Source: Armatimonadota bacterium
GTDB lineage: Bacteria > Armatimonadota > SYMT01
Direction: 5' to 3'
DNA: 36,374 nucleotides
NCBI GenBank assembly: GCA_046292385.1
Contig: JBKBRF010000061.1
Span: 1 to 36,374 of the forward strand
In this document: piece after piece, positions 26,128 to 35,389 of the stretch
How positions within the stretch are numbered: position 1 is the first letter of the stretch
How the letters are laid out: each line of letters opens with the position of its first letter
Notes under the pieces: model-generated
Seen by the model: the letters and a program-made list of their open reading frames with translations, nothing else
Told to the model about the DNA's origin: nothing
The model's database searches: none
Translations under genes and position numbers: made by a program

Positions 26128-27213
26128 TCAGGCTTCGGTGAACGCTTCGCCTTCGCCGAGCAGGTTGACCGGGCGCAGCCAGACCCGCTTCCGCTCGTCT
26201 TCCACCACGCGGCCGAGGGTCCAGGCGTCGATCCCGTACTCTCCGGCGATGGCGCGGACCCGGTCCGCCGCGCTCTCCGGGACCACCACGCAGAAGCCGA
26301 CGCCCATGTTGTAGACGTAGTACATCTCCTTGGCGCTCACGTGGCCGCGCTCCGCGATGATCCGGAAGATCGGCTGCGGCTCCGGCAGCCACTCCAGGTC
26401 GAAGCCGAGCGGACGGTCGCCGCGGGCCAGGTTCAGCAGGCCGTCGCCGGTGATGTGGTAGAGGGCGCGGACCGGCAGCCCTTCTCGCAGCATCTGCACC
26501 GCGGGGCGCACGTAGATTCTGGTCGGCTCCAGCACCTCTTCGCCGATGGAGCGGCCCAGCTCTTCCACGTGCTGCTCCGGCTGGAACTCGCCGGAGTGGA
26601 AGAGCACCTCGCGGGCGAGGGTGAGGCCGTTGCTGTGGATGCCGCTGCTGGCGAGGCCGACCACCACGTCACCCGGCTGGGTGTCCTGGCCGAGGACCAT
26701 CTTGTCCAGGTCGACCGCGCCGACGCAGGTGCCGACCAGGTCGATCCCTTCCCCGGGCCGGTAGCCCGCCACCACCTCGCGCAGCTGCGCCAGCTCGCCG
26801 CCGGGGATGTTGATGTTCGCCTGCACCGCGCCGTCGTAGAGCCCCTTGCCGATCTGCTCCAGCACGTGCGGGCGCGCTTCCTGCACCGCCACGTAGTCGA
26901 CCATCGCCAGCGGCTCCGCGCCGACGCAGACGACGTCGTTCGCGTTCATGGCGATGCAGTCGATCCCCAGGGTGTCGTACTTGCCCATCATCTCCGCCAC
27001 CAGCACCTTGGTCCCCACCGAGTCGGTGGAGATCGCCAGTCCCAGGGTGTCGGTGAGGCGCAGCACGTTGGCGTAGTAGCCGATGCCGAGCACCGGCTCG
27101 CCCATCCCCTGGCGCTGCGTGAGCGTGCGGTTGACCCAGGAGAGTAGGCCGGAAAGCGGGCCCGCCGCGGGGACGACGCCGGACTGCGAATAGGACGATG
27201 CAGGTTGAGTCAT
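26128..27213 (-). CDS. purM: phosphoribosylformylglycinamidine cyclo-ligase (AIR synthase)
   Basis: Y..SGV N-terminus, STDSVGTK, GIDCIAMNAND..CVGAEP, GGELA, LASSGIHSNG, HITGDGL, YNMGVGF. Confidence 0.97.
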   Translation of the reverse strand: MTQPASSYSQSGVVPAAGPLSGLLSWVNRTLTQRQGMGEPVLGIGYYANVLRLTDTLGLAISTDSVGTKVLVAEMMGKYDTLGIDCIAMNANDVVCVGAEPLAMVDYVAVQEARPHVLEQIGKGLYDGAVQANINIPGGELAQLREVVAGYRPGEGIDLVGTCVGAVDLDKMVLGQDTQPGDVVVGLASSGIHSNGLTLAREVLFHSGEFQPEQHVEELGRSIGEEVLEPTRIYVRPAVQMLREGLPVRALYHITGDGLLNLARGDRPLGFDLEWLPEPQPIFRIIAERGHVSAKEMYYVYNMGVGFCVVVPESAADRVRAIAGEYGIDAWTLGRVVEDERKRVWLRPVNLLGEGEAFTEA

Positions 27214-27242
27214 GGCGCGTTATTGTAGCGCGGAACTTGCGG

Positions 27243-27351
27243 AGGGATGAAGGATGAAGGCTGAGGGATGATCGACTGTTTTTTCGGAGCACTCCCGGCG
27301 CACCGCCGAGCGGCCCGGAATCCCATCCTTCATCGTTCATCCTTCATCCCT
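27243..27351. repeat. inverted-repeat element with AAGGATG heptamer arms in the divergent purM/epimerase spacer
   Basis: AGGGATG-AAGGATG-AAGGCTG-AGGGATG (27243-27270) versus CATCCTT-CATCGTT-CATCCTT-CATCCCT (27324-27351). Confidence 0.9.
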
Positions 27352-27358
27352 TAAAAAG

Positions 27359-28174
27359 ATGTCTCGACTCGCCTGTCTCAACACCAGCACCATCCGGCCG
27401 GCTTCGCTGCCGGACAAGATCGAGGCGGCCGCGGCCGCCGGATTCCAGGCCGTGGAGCTCTGGAACGACGACGTCTTCGCCTTCATCGCCGGCGGGGGGA
27501 CGCTCCTCCAGGTGAAGGAGCTGCTGGCACGGCTGGCGCTGCAGGTGCCGAGCATGATCGCGATCATGGGATTCGTCGGCAACACTGATCCCGGACGCGA
27601 CCAGCGCCTGGAGGAGGCGCGGCGGCGGATGGAGCATGCCTGCGAGCTCGGCGCGCCGTTCATCGTCGCGTCCCCGCCGCCGGGCCGGACCGACCTGGCG
27701 CAATGCGGGCACGACTACGCCGACCTGCTGGCGCTGGGCCGCGAAGTCGGTATTCGCCCCGCCATGGAGTTCCTCGGCTTCGTGGACCACGTCAACAGCA
27801 TCCGCACCGCGCGGGAGATCATGGACCGCGCCGGGGACCCCCACGCGACGATCGTGATCGACTGGTTCCACATGGTCCGCGGCGATGGCCGGGAGACGAT
27901 CCTGGAGGACCTCCGCAGCCTCTCCGCGGAGCAGATTGCGATCGTGCACCTGGATGACGTTCCTTATACGAAGCCGTTCCCGGAGATGACCGACGGCGAC
28001 CGGGTGATGCCCGGTGACGGCGACATCCCGATCCAGGCGCTGCACGAGATCCTGGATGAGATCGGTTACCAGGGTCCGATCAGCCTGGAGCTGTTCAACG
28101 AGAGCCTCTGGGCGCAGGATCCGTACGAGGTGGCGCGGCTTGGGTTCGAGAAGTCGCGCCGCTGGTTTGCGTAG
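27359..28174 (+). CDS. sugar-phosphate isomerase/epimerase (xylose-isomerase-like TIM barrel, AP_endonuc_2)
   Basis: AAAAGFQAVEL, AMEF, IDWFH, VHLDD, R..PGDGDI, GYQGPISLELF. Confidence 0.9.
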   Translation: MSRLACLNTSTIRPASLPDKIEAAAAAGFQAVELWNDDVFAFIAGGGTLLQVKELLARLALQVPSMIAIMGFVGNTDPGRDQRLEEARRRMEHACELGAPFIVASPPPGRTDLAQCGHDYADLLALGREVGIRPAMEFLGFVDHVNSIRTAREIMDRAGDPHATIVIDWFHMVRGDGRETILEDLRSLSAEQIAIVHLDDVPYTKPFPEMTDGDRVMPGDGDIPIQALHEILDEIGYQGPISLELFNESLWAQDPYEVARLGFEKSRRWFA

Positions 28175-28289
28175 CGACCCGGGAACGAGGTTGTGTAGGA
28201 GAACCGGGAAACGGCTCCGAAACTACCCGGTGGATGCCGGCGGGACCGGTCCATCCCATTCCAGGGCTCGATGGCCCGGAGGATTCACG

Positions 28290-29591
28290 ATGAAGTTCCA
28301 TGGAAGCCGGCGCGACTTCCTGAAGACCACGACTGCCGCGGGGCTGGGGATCCTGGCCGCGGAGCAGGGGGCGTGGGCGCAGGCGAAGTCGGCCAACGAG
28401 AAGATCAACTTTGCCGCGATCGGGGTCGGCGGCAAGGGCGAGAGCGACACCGCGGACGCGGCGCGCAGCGGCAACCTGGTGGCGATCTGCGACGTGGATG
28501 AGAACATCCTCAACCGCGCCGCGCAGAAGTACCCGAACGCGAAGAAGTACACCGACTTCCGCAAGATGCTGGAGGAGCTGGGCAAGAGCATCGACGCGGT
28601 GACCGTCTCCACGCCGGACCACACCCACGCGCCCGCCGCGGCGATGGCGATGAAGATGGGCAAGCACTGCTTCTGCCAGAAGCCGCTCACCCACGACATC
28701 TACGAGGCCCGCACCCTCGGCGAGCTCGCTCGCCAGCACAAGGTTGCCACCCAGATGGGCAACCAGGGCACGGCGAACCCGGGTGTCCGCCGCGCGGCGG
28801 CGACGGTCCGGGCTGGCGTCGTTGGTCCCGTGAAGGAAGTCCACGTCTGGACGAACCGCCCGATCTGGCCGCAGGGCGTCCCGCGCCCGCAGGCGGAGAA
28901 CCCGCCGACGACGGTGCACTGGGACGAGTGGCTGGGACCGGCGCCGGAGCGGCCGTACGGGAAGGGGTACCACACCTTCGGCTGGCGCGGCTGGTGGGAC
29001 TTCGGCACCGGCGCGCTGGGCGACATGGCGTGCCACACCATGAACATGCCGTACATGGCGCTCGACCTGCGACATCCCATCTCCGTCCAGGCGGAGACCG
29101 CCGGCCACAACAAAGACAGCTACCCGGCGTGGTCGATCATTCGCTACGAGTTCCCGGCCACCGACGCTCGCCCCGCCCTGACCCTCTACTGGTACGACGG
29201 TAAGAAGGTGCCGGGCAAGGAGCTGACCGACGGCATCGAGGCGAAGAGCAGCGGCTCCCTGATCATCGGCGAGAAGGGCAAGCTCTACTCGCCGGACGAC
29301 TACGGCGCCGAGTTCAAGCTGCTCGGGGGCGCGCAGGAGATCGAGGTCGACTACGTGCGCTCGCCCGGCCACTTCGAGGAGTGGGTCCGCGCCATCCGCG
29401 GCGGGGAAGCGGCAATGAGCAACTTCCCGGACTACGCCAGCCCGATGACCGAGACGGTGCTGCTGGGCAACCTGGCAGTCTGGGCGGACGGCAAGAAGGT
29501 GGAGTGGGACGCGAAGAACCTGAAGGCGACGAACGCGCCGGAGGTGGCCCACATCATCCGCAAGCCGTACCGCAAGGGCTGGGAGCTGTAG
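28290..29591 (+). CDS. Tat-exported Gfo/Idh/MocA-family oxidoreductase
   Basis: GGAGG RBS; SRRDFLK twin-arginine motif; IGVGGKG, AICDVD, STPDHTHA, CQKP, GALGDMACH. Confidence 0.95.
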   Translation: MKFHGSRRDFLKTTTAAGLGILAAEQGAWAQAKSANEKINFAAIGVGGKGESDTADAARSGNLVAICDVDENILNRAAQKYPNAKKYTDFRKMLEELGKSIDAVTVSTPDHTHAPAAAMAMKMGKHCFCQKPLTHDIYEARTLGELARQHKVATQMGNQGTANPGVRRAAATVRAGVVGPVKEVHVWTNRPIWPQGVPRPQAENPPTTVHWDEWLGPAPERPYGKGYHTFGWRGWWDFGTGALGDMACHTMNMPYMALDLRHPISVQAETAGHNKDSYPAWSIIRYEFPATDARPALTLYWYDGKKVPGKELTDGIEAKSSGSLIIGEKGKLYSPDDYGAEFKLLGGAQEIEVDYVRSPGHFEEWVRAIRGGEAAMSNFPDYASPMTETVLLGNLAVWADGKKVEWDAKNLKATNAPEVAHIIRKPYRKGWEL

Positions 29592-29619
29592 CGGGACAAG
29601 TCGTTAGACAGTAGACGGA

Positions 29620-29664
29620 AGATGAAAGAAGAGCGGGAGGGTCGCCGCGACCCTCCCGCTCTTC
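29620..29664. repeat. palindromic repeat copy 1 (perfect 18-bp arms; terminator-like), left flank of mazEF
   Basis: GAAGAGCGGGAGGGTCGC-C-GCGACCCTCCCGCTCTTC; 39/45 identical to 30391-30435. Confidence 0.9.
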
Positions 29665-29690
29665 TGCGTGTGACCTATCCTGGGCAATGG

Positions 29691-29711
29691 CGTAGACTCA
29701 ATGTATCTACG
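29691..29711 (+). promoter_or_regulatory. palindromic operator candidate for MazE/MazEF autorepression
   Basis: CGTAGA-N9-TCTACG, 24 nt upstream of the antitoxin start. Confidence 0.55.
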
Positions 29712-29735
29712 GTTCTGCTAGTGGGGGAGGCTCGG

Positions 29736-29978
29736 GTGAGAACGCGAGTGGGGAAGTGGGGCAACAGCCTGGCCATCCGGATTCCCCGGAGCTTTGCCGA
29801 GGAAGCACAGGTCGCGGAGGAGACCGTCGTCGAGCTCACCCTCGTTGAAGGGGGATTGCTGGTGCGGCCGGTGCGGAGTGTGACCCCAGGCCTGGAGGCG
29901 CTCCTGCAGCAGGTTTCCGAGGACAATCTCCACAGCGAGCAGGACTTCGGCCCGGCAGCCGGCCGGGAGGTATGGTGA
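29736..29978 (+). CDS. mazE: AbrB/MazE-family antitoxin
   Basis: GGGGGAGG RBS plus GTG; KWGNSLAIRIP, LEALL...NLH.E.DFG...GREVW. Confidence 0.95.
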   Translation: MRTRVGKWGNSLAIRIPRSFAEEAQVAEETVVELTLVEGGLLVRPVRSVTPGLEALLQQVSEDNLHSEQDFGPAAGREVW

Positions 29979-30340
29979 GTCGCCCGCTCGAGCCTTCCGC
30001 GTATGTTCCCGACCGTGGGGATGCGGTCTGGTTGTCGATGGACCCGCAGGCCGGACGTGAGCAAGCGGGAAGGCGTCCTGCATTGGTCCTCTCCCCTCGC
30101 GCCTACAACGCGAAGGTCGGACTTGCGGTGGTTTGCCCCATTACCTCGCAAGTCAAGGGCTACCCATTTGAGGCACTCATCGGTCCGGATGCGGGAGTGC
30201 GCGGCGCGGTGCTGTCGGATCAGGTCCGAAGCGTAGACTGGCGGGTGAGGCGAGCCGAGCTCATCGCGACGTTGCCGAACGATCTCGTCGACGAGGTGCT
30301 GGGGAAGCTCGGGACGCTGCTGACGCCAGACGTTGACTGA
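29972..30340 (+). CDS. mazF: MazF/PemK-family endoribonuclease toxin
   Basis: Overlaps mazE; YVPDRGD...DPQAGREQAGRRPALVLSP..YN, CPITSQVKGYPFE, DQVRSVDW. Confidence 0.97.
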   Translation: MVSRPLEPSAYVPDRGDAVWLSMDPQAGREQAGRRPALVLSPRAYNAKVGLAVVCPITSQVKGYPFEALIGPDAGVRGAVLSDQVRSVDWRVRRAELIATLPNDLVDEVLGKLGTLLTPDVD

Positions 30341-30390
30341 GCGGGTGCGTGGGGAATGCCGCTCAACCGGATCGACGGCCTTCAGGGCGC

Positions 30391-30435
30391 AGATGAGAAA
30401 AGAGAGGGAGGGTCGCGGTGACCCTCCCTCTCTTC
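30391..30435. repeat. palindromic repeat copy 2, right flank of mazEF (possible bidirectional terminator)
   Basis: AAGAGAGGGAGGGTC-GCGGT-GACCCTCCCTCTCTT; direct repeat of 29620-29664. Confidence 0.9.
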
Positions 30436-30463
30436 GTGTTTCCGCTGAACCGGTTGCGGGAGA

Positions 30464-32056
30464 TCAGAGCGCCGCGATCGGGCCGACGGCGATGGTGTTG
30501 TTCGTCTCGTCGGTCTCCGCCACTTTGCCCTTGGCGTCCAGCACCACGATCACGTACTGGCCGTCGTACTGGGAGAGGTCCGCTCTCTTCGGAATCTTCG
30601 CGCTGACGCGGAGGGTCTTCTCGGCGCCGGCCTTCAGCACCGGGACGTTCACCACCCCGAGCTTCGAGTCGCTCTTGTCGAGGGTAGCGTCGGCAGAGAG
30701 GTAGGCCTGCGCCTTGGTGGCGATCTTGATCTTCTTGGTGCCGGCGTTGCGGACGGTAAGACTGGCCTTGAGCGTGCGCGTCGCCTTGCGGCCGCGGCCC
30801 TTCACCTTGATCTCGACGGTGCCCGCCGTGCCGGTCAGGTCGGCGCCTTCCACCGGCTGCGGGTCGCCGTTCGGCTTCAGCAGCAGCGCGCGGTCGCGGC
30901 TGTTCAACTGGCCGGTGACCGCGATGTAACCGCCGTCGTTAATGCCGTTCCCCTCCCGGAGCACGAAGGCGGTGTCCTCCACCAGCGTGTTCAGATCGCG
31001 GAGGGTGCCGTTCTCCCACAGGAAGGCCGCGTACTGGGCCGGCACGCCGAGCGCCAGGGAGTAGCCGACCACCTGGTTGTGGCTGTTAACGCTGCGGGCA
31101 AAGGTGCCGTTGGCCAGGAGCGCGCCCAGGTCGGTGCGCTCGTTGGCGCCATACTGGCCGTTCCCGTTGGCGTCCTGCCACGCGGCGGCGTGCCGGGCTT
31201 CTCCCGCTTCCGCGGGGAGATCCGCCGAGCCGACGATAAGCGGCCGAGCCGCGTTGTTGATCCCGTTGGCGCCGCTCTGCAGGCCGCCGAGCGTGCCCAG
31301 GTTGACCATCTCTCCCGGGTTGGAAGTCCGGTCGCCGTTCCGGTCTTCCCAGGCGAAGGCGAAGGTCAGGTCGCTGGCGTCGCGCGCGCCGCCGACCACG
31401 ACGCCCTGGTTATTGATCCCGAGCGCGGTCCCGAAATCGCCTCCGAAGGTGCCGAGATCGATCATCTCCCCGGGGTCGGACACGAAGTTGCCGTTCAGGT
31501 CTTCCCACAGGAACGGGTGGTACTCGCCGCTCGCCGTCTGGGCCGTGCCGATCACCTGCCCCTGGTCGTTGATCCCGTAGGCGGTGCTCTGCTCGCCGCC
31601 GAGCGTCCCGAGGTCGATCATCTCGCCCGGATCGGAGACGTGGTTGCCGTTCAGATCCTGCCAGAGGAACGCGTGCTGGACGTTCTGGGCTACTTCCGAG
31701 CCGCCGACCACCTGGTTGGAGGCGTTGATGGCCCAGGCCTGGCTGGTGCGACCACCGAGCGTGCCGAGGTCGATCATCTCCCCGGGGTCGGAGGTCTGGC
31801 TGCCGTTCAGGTCGCGCCAGAGGAACGCGTGGGCGGGACCGGCAAAGAGCGTGCCCTGGGTGAGCGACCAGCCGACCACTGCATTCGAGGCATTCACGGC
31901 GGTAGCGGCGCTGGTGTTTCCGCCGAGGTGGCCGAGATCGATGAGGGAGTAGCGGGCCGTGTTGCCGGCGTAGCCGGGGGTGTGAGAGCAGGCGAGGGCG
32001 GCCAGCACCAGGCCGGCCGCGGTGAGGGTTAGTACGGGGCGTGAACTGCGCTGCAC
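30464..32056 (-). CDS. secreted HAF-repeat beta-propeller protein with C-terminal CARDB-like domain
   Basis: AGGAGG RBS before GTG 32056; signal peptide; repeated HAFLW...DLGTLGG..S.A..IN; C-terminal ADL...VRNAG...VAETDETNN. Confidence 0.9.
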   Translation of the reverse strand: MQRSSRPVLTLTAAGLVLAALACSHTPGYAGNTARYSLIDLGHLGGNTSAATAVNASNAVVGWSLTQGTLFAGPAHAFLWRDLNGSQTSDPGEMIDLGTLGGRTSQAWAINASNQVVGGSEVAQNVQHAFLWQDLNGNHVSDPGEMIDLGTLGGEQSTAYGINDQGQVIGTAQTASGEYHPFLWEDLNGNFVSDPGEMIDLGTFGGDFGTALGINNQGVVVGGARDASDLTFAFAWEDRNGDRTSNPGEMVNLGTLGGLQSGANGINNAARPLIVGSADLPAEAGEARHAAAWQDANGNGQYGANERTDLGALLANGTFARSVNSHNQVVGYSLALGVPAQYAAFLWENGTLRDLNTLVEDTAFVLREGNGINDGGYIAVTGQLNSRDRALLLKPNGDPQPVEGADLTGTAGTVEIKVKGRGRKATRTLKASLTVRNAGTKKIKIATKAQAYLSADATLDKSDSKLGVVNVPVLKAGAEKTLRVSAKIPKRADLSQYDGQYVIVVLDAKGKVAETDETNNTIAVGPIAAL

Positions 32057-32132
32057 GCGGTCCTCCTGCGGAAAGGCCTCCCACCGCGATCGATCGCTCA
32101 CCGAGGGGAAGGCTGATTGCTTCGGCAGGGAA

Positions 32133-32161
32133 AGCGTACCATGCCTCTGGCTGATGTGCAA
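32133..32161 (-). promoter_or_regulatory. sigma-70-type promoter for the HAF-repeat gene
   Basis: Minus strand TTGCAC-N17-TACGCT with TG extension. Confidence 0.55.
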
Positions 32162-32443
32162 CAAATCGATCAATCGTAAGGCGTGTGTAACTGGGCTGTA
32201 TCGGAACAGAGGCGGCCGCCGTCGTGTCAGGTCGGTCCGCCGCAGTCTCGGAGGTGAGCGCGGATCGGCTCTCCGGGGATCAGCCTGAACGCAGCGAGGT
32301 GGCGCGCCTGGTGTCGCATCGGGTAGTGCTACGGACCCAAAACCGCGCAGGTATACTCCAGATAGACGCAGGATGTTGGAGAGCGTACGGGCCGCTCCTA
32401 CGCGCTGCGCCCCACCGTCCGCAGCAAGCTTTAGAAGGAAAGA

Positions 32444-34507
32444 ATGCAGTTCAAGCTGACCGGGAGCTATACGCCGAAGGGCGACCAGGTGAAGGCGATC
32501 CCCGCACTGGCGGAGGGGGTGCGGCGCGGCGACCGGTTCCAGACGCTGCTGGGGGTGACCGGCTCCGGCAAGACCTTCACGATGGCGGGGATTATCCAGG
32601 AGGTGCAGCGGCCCGCACTGGTGATCGCGCACAACAAGACGCTCGCCGCGCAGCTCTGCTCCGAGTTCCGGGAGTTCTTCCCGGAGAACGCGGTGGAGTA
32701 CTTCGTCTCCTACTACGACTACTACCAGCCGGAAGCGTACATTCCGCAGACCGACACCTACATCGAGAAAGACTCGAGCGTCAACGACGAGATCAACCGG
32801 CTGCGGCACTCCTCCACGCAGGCGCTGCTGGAGCGGCGGGACGTGATCGTGGTGGCGAGCGTCTCCTGCATCTACGGCCTCGGCTCGCCGGAAGAGTACC
32901 AGAAGGAGACGCTGCCGCTGCAGGTGGGGCGGGAGTATCACCGGCGCGACATGCTCCGGCAGCTCGTCGACATGCAGTTCACCCGCAACGACATGGCGCC
33001 CGCGCGCGGCACCTTCAAGGTGAAGGGCGACATCCTGGAGATCTTCCCGGCCGACGAGGAGGTGATCCTCCGGGTCGACTTCTTCGGCGACGAGATCGAG
33101 AGGATCGACGCGCTCGACCCGCTGACCGGCGAGATCATCCGGTCGCTCGACCGGTACGTCGTCTTCCCCGCCAGCCACTTCGTGACGAGCGAGGAGCGGA
33201 TGGAGGTGGCGATCAAGGCGATCGAGGCGGAGCTGGAAGGGCAGCTCGAGTACTTCCGTAACAAGGGGCAACTCCTGGAGGCGCAGCGGCTGGAGCAGCG
33301 GACCCTCTACGACCTGGAGATGATGCGGGAGGTCGGCTACTGCAACGGGATCGAGAACTACAGCCGGCACATGGACGGGCGCGCGCCGGGCACGCCGCCC
33401 CACACGCTGCTCGACTACTTCCCCGACGATTTCCTGATGTTCATCGACGAGAGCCACCAGACGATCCCGCAGATCCACGGGATGTACGGCGGCGACTTCT
33501 CCCGCAAGACGACGCTGGTGGAGCATGGCTTCCGGCTTCCGAGCGCGCTCGATAACCGCCCGCTGCGCTGGGAAGAGTTTGAGAAGCGGCTCAAGCAAGT
33601 GGTCTTCGTCTCCGCTACGCCGGGGCCGTTCGAGCGCGAGGTGAGCACCCACGTGGTGGAGCAGATCATCCGCCCCACCGGCCTGATCGATCCGGAGGTG
33701 GAGGTCCGGCCGATCCGCGGGCAGATCGACGACCTGATCGGGGAGATCCGCAAGACGGTTGAGAAAAAGGAGCGGGCGCTCGTCACCACGCTGACCAAGC
33801 GGATGGCGGAAGACCTGTCGGAGTATCTCGCCAACATCAACGTGAAGGTGCACTACCTCCACAGCGACGTGAAGACGCTCGACCGGCTGGAGATCCTGCG
33901 GGACCTGCGCCTCGGCATCTACGACGTGGTGGTCGGCATCAACCTCCTGCGGGAGGGGCTCGACCTGCCGGAAGTCTCGCTGGTGGCGATCCTCGACGCG
34001 GACAAGGAGGGCTTCCTCCGGTCCGAGACGTCGCTGATCCAGACGATCGGCCGCGCGGCCCGCAACGTGAGCGGCCGGGTGCTGATGTACGCGGACAACG
34101 TGACGCCCTCGATGGAGCGCGCCATCGCGGAGACGCAGCGCCGCCGCGCCATCCAGCTCGCCCACAACGAGGAGCACGGAATCACGCCGGAGACGGTCCG
34201 CAAGGCGATTCGCGACGTGATCCAGGCCGACCGGGTGGCGGAGACGCGGGCAAAGTACGACGCGTCGCCCGACTCGCTGGACGAAACGGTGCCGGCCGAA
34301 GACATCATGGCGATGATCGCGCAGCTGGAAGCGGAGATGCGGCAGCTCGCCAAGAAGCTGGAGTTCGAGCAGGCCGCGATCCTGCGGGACGAGGTGAACC
34401 GGCTCAAGCGACTGCTTCCGGACGCGGAGTTCGCGGAGGCGGTGGCGCCGAGCGTCCCCAGGGCGCTGGCGACGCCGCCCAAGACGGCGGCCCGCCGGCG
34501 GCGCTAA
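32444..34507 (+). CDS. uvrB: excinuclease ABC subunit B
   Basis: [58 protein letters not shown]-terminal UVR domain. Confidence 0.99.
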   Translation: MQFKLTGSYTPKGDQVKAIPALAEGVRRGDRFQTLLGVTGSGKTFTMAGIIQEVQRPALVIAHNKTLAAQLCSEFREFFPENAVEYFVSYYDYYQPEAYIPQTDTYIEKDSSVNDEINRLRHSSTQALLERRDVIVVASVSCIYGLGSPEEYQKETLPLQVGREYHRRDMLRQLVDMQFTRNDMAPARGTFKVKGDILEIFPADEEVILRVDFFGDEIERIDALDPLTGEIIRSLDRYVVFPASHFVTSEERMEVAIKAIEAELEGQLEYFRNKGQLLEAQRLEQRTLYDLEMMREVGYCNGIENYSRHMDGRAPGTPPHTLLDYFPDDFLMFIDESHQTIPQIHGMYGGDFSRKTTLVEHGFRLPSALDNRPLRWEEFEKRLKQVVFVSATPGPFEREVSTHVVEQIIRPTGLIDPEVEVRPIRGQIDDLIGEIRKTVEKKERALVTTLTKRMAEDLSEYLANINVKVHYLHSDVKTLDRLEILRDLRLGIYDVVVGINLLREGLDLPEVSLVAILDADKEGFLRSETSLIQTIGRAARNVSGRVLMYADNVTPSMERAIAETQRRRAIQLAHNEEHGITPETVRKAIRDVIQADRVAETRAKYDASPDSLDETVPAEDIMAMIAQLEAEMRQLAKKLEFEQAAILRDEVNRLKRLLPDAEFAEAVAPSVPRALATPPKTAARRRR

Positions 34508-34534
34508 CGAGTCGGCTCACGCGAAGGGGGAGAG

Positions 34535-35389
34535 ATGCGCCTCGGGGTGGCGGGATTGCTGGGCGACGGCAGCGCGGAAGCGGCGCGGCGGATACGGGAT
34601 CTCGGTTTCAACATCGCTTCCTGGCACCTCCCAAGCCTCGCCATCGCCCGAGATCCGGCGGCGCTGCTCGCCGTGAGGGACGCCCTGCAGGCGGAAGACC
34701 TGGAGCTGGTCCAGATCCTGCCGCCCGATTACCCGTCGCTGGTCGCACCCGATCCCGCCGAGAGGGAGCAGGGAGTGGAGGCGCTGGCGGACGTCATCTC
34801 CGCCGCGGTGAGGCTGCAGGTCGACAACGTCTACGTCCGTCCCGGGAGCCTGAACCCGGCCGGCCCCTGGACGCCGCACCCCCTGCATCGGGTTCCGGAA
34901 ACGCGGGAGCGGCTGGTCGAGTCGCTGGGGGCGCTCTGCCCCCGCGCGGAGGACGCCGGAGTGCGGCTCTCCCTCGAGGCGCACGTGCTCTCGCCCCTCT
35001 ACTCCGCGCGCGCCGCTCGCGAGGTGATGGATGCCGTCGGCTCTCCCGCTCTCGCCTTCAACGCCGACCCGGTGAACCTGCTCGGCAGCGTGGAGCAGGT
35101 CTACGGGAACACCGCCGTCATTGAGGAGCTGTTCGACCTGCTGGGCGATCGCATCGTCACCGGACACGCCAAGGACGTCTGCCTGGGCGATTCGCTGGTG
35201 CTGCACGTGGAAGAGGCGATCCCCGGGATGGGCGTGCTCGACCACGAGACGTTCTTGCGCCGCTTCGAAGAGTGCCAACCCCGCGGGGCGGTGCTGATCG
35301 AGCACCTGCCGGCCGAGCGCGTGACGGAGGCCCGGCGCGCGCTGCTGCACTACGCGGACAGCGCGGGGGTGGTGCTGCGCGCCGGTTAG
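34535..35389 (+). CDS. sugar-phosphate isomerase/epimerase (TIM barrel, AP_endonuc_2)
   Basis: AGGGGGAG RBS; GVRLSLEAH, DPVN, HAKD, PGMGVLD, LIEH. Confidence 0.88.
   Translation: MRLGVAGLLGDGSAEAARRIRDLGFNIASWHLPSLAIARDPAALLAVRDALQAEDLELVQILPPDYPSLVAPDPAEREQGVEALADVISAAVRLQVDNVYVRPGSLNPAGPWTPHPLHRVPETRERLVESLGALCPRAEDAGVRLSLEAHVLSPLYSARAAREVMDAVGSPALAFNADPVNLLGSVEQVYGNTAVIEELFDLLGDRIVTGHAKDVCLGDSLVLHVEEAIPGMGVLDHETFLRRFEECQPRGAVLIEHLPAERVTEARRALLHYADSAGVVLRAG

Noticed and set aside
30464..34177. 1237-aa minus-strand ORF as one giant protein
   Set aside because: The N-terminal ~700 aa is mostly the antisense shadow of uvrB. A real RBS, GTG start, signal peptide and promoter define the gene as 30464-32056.
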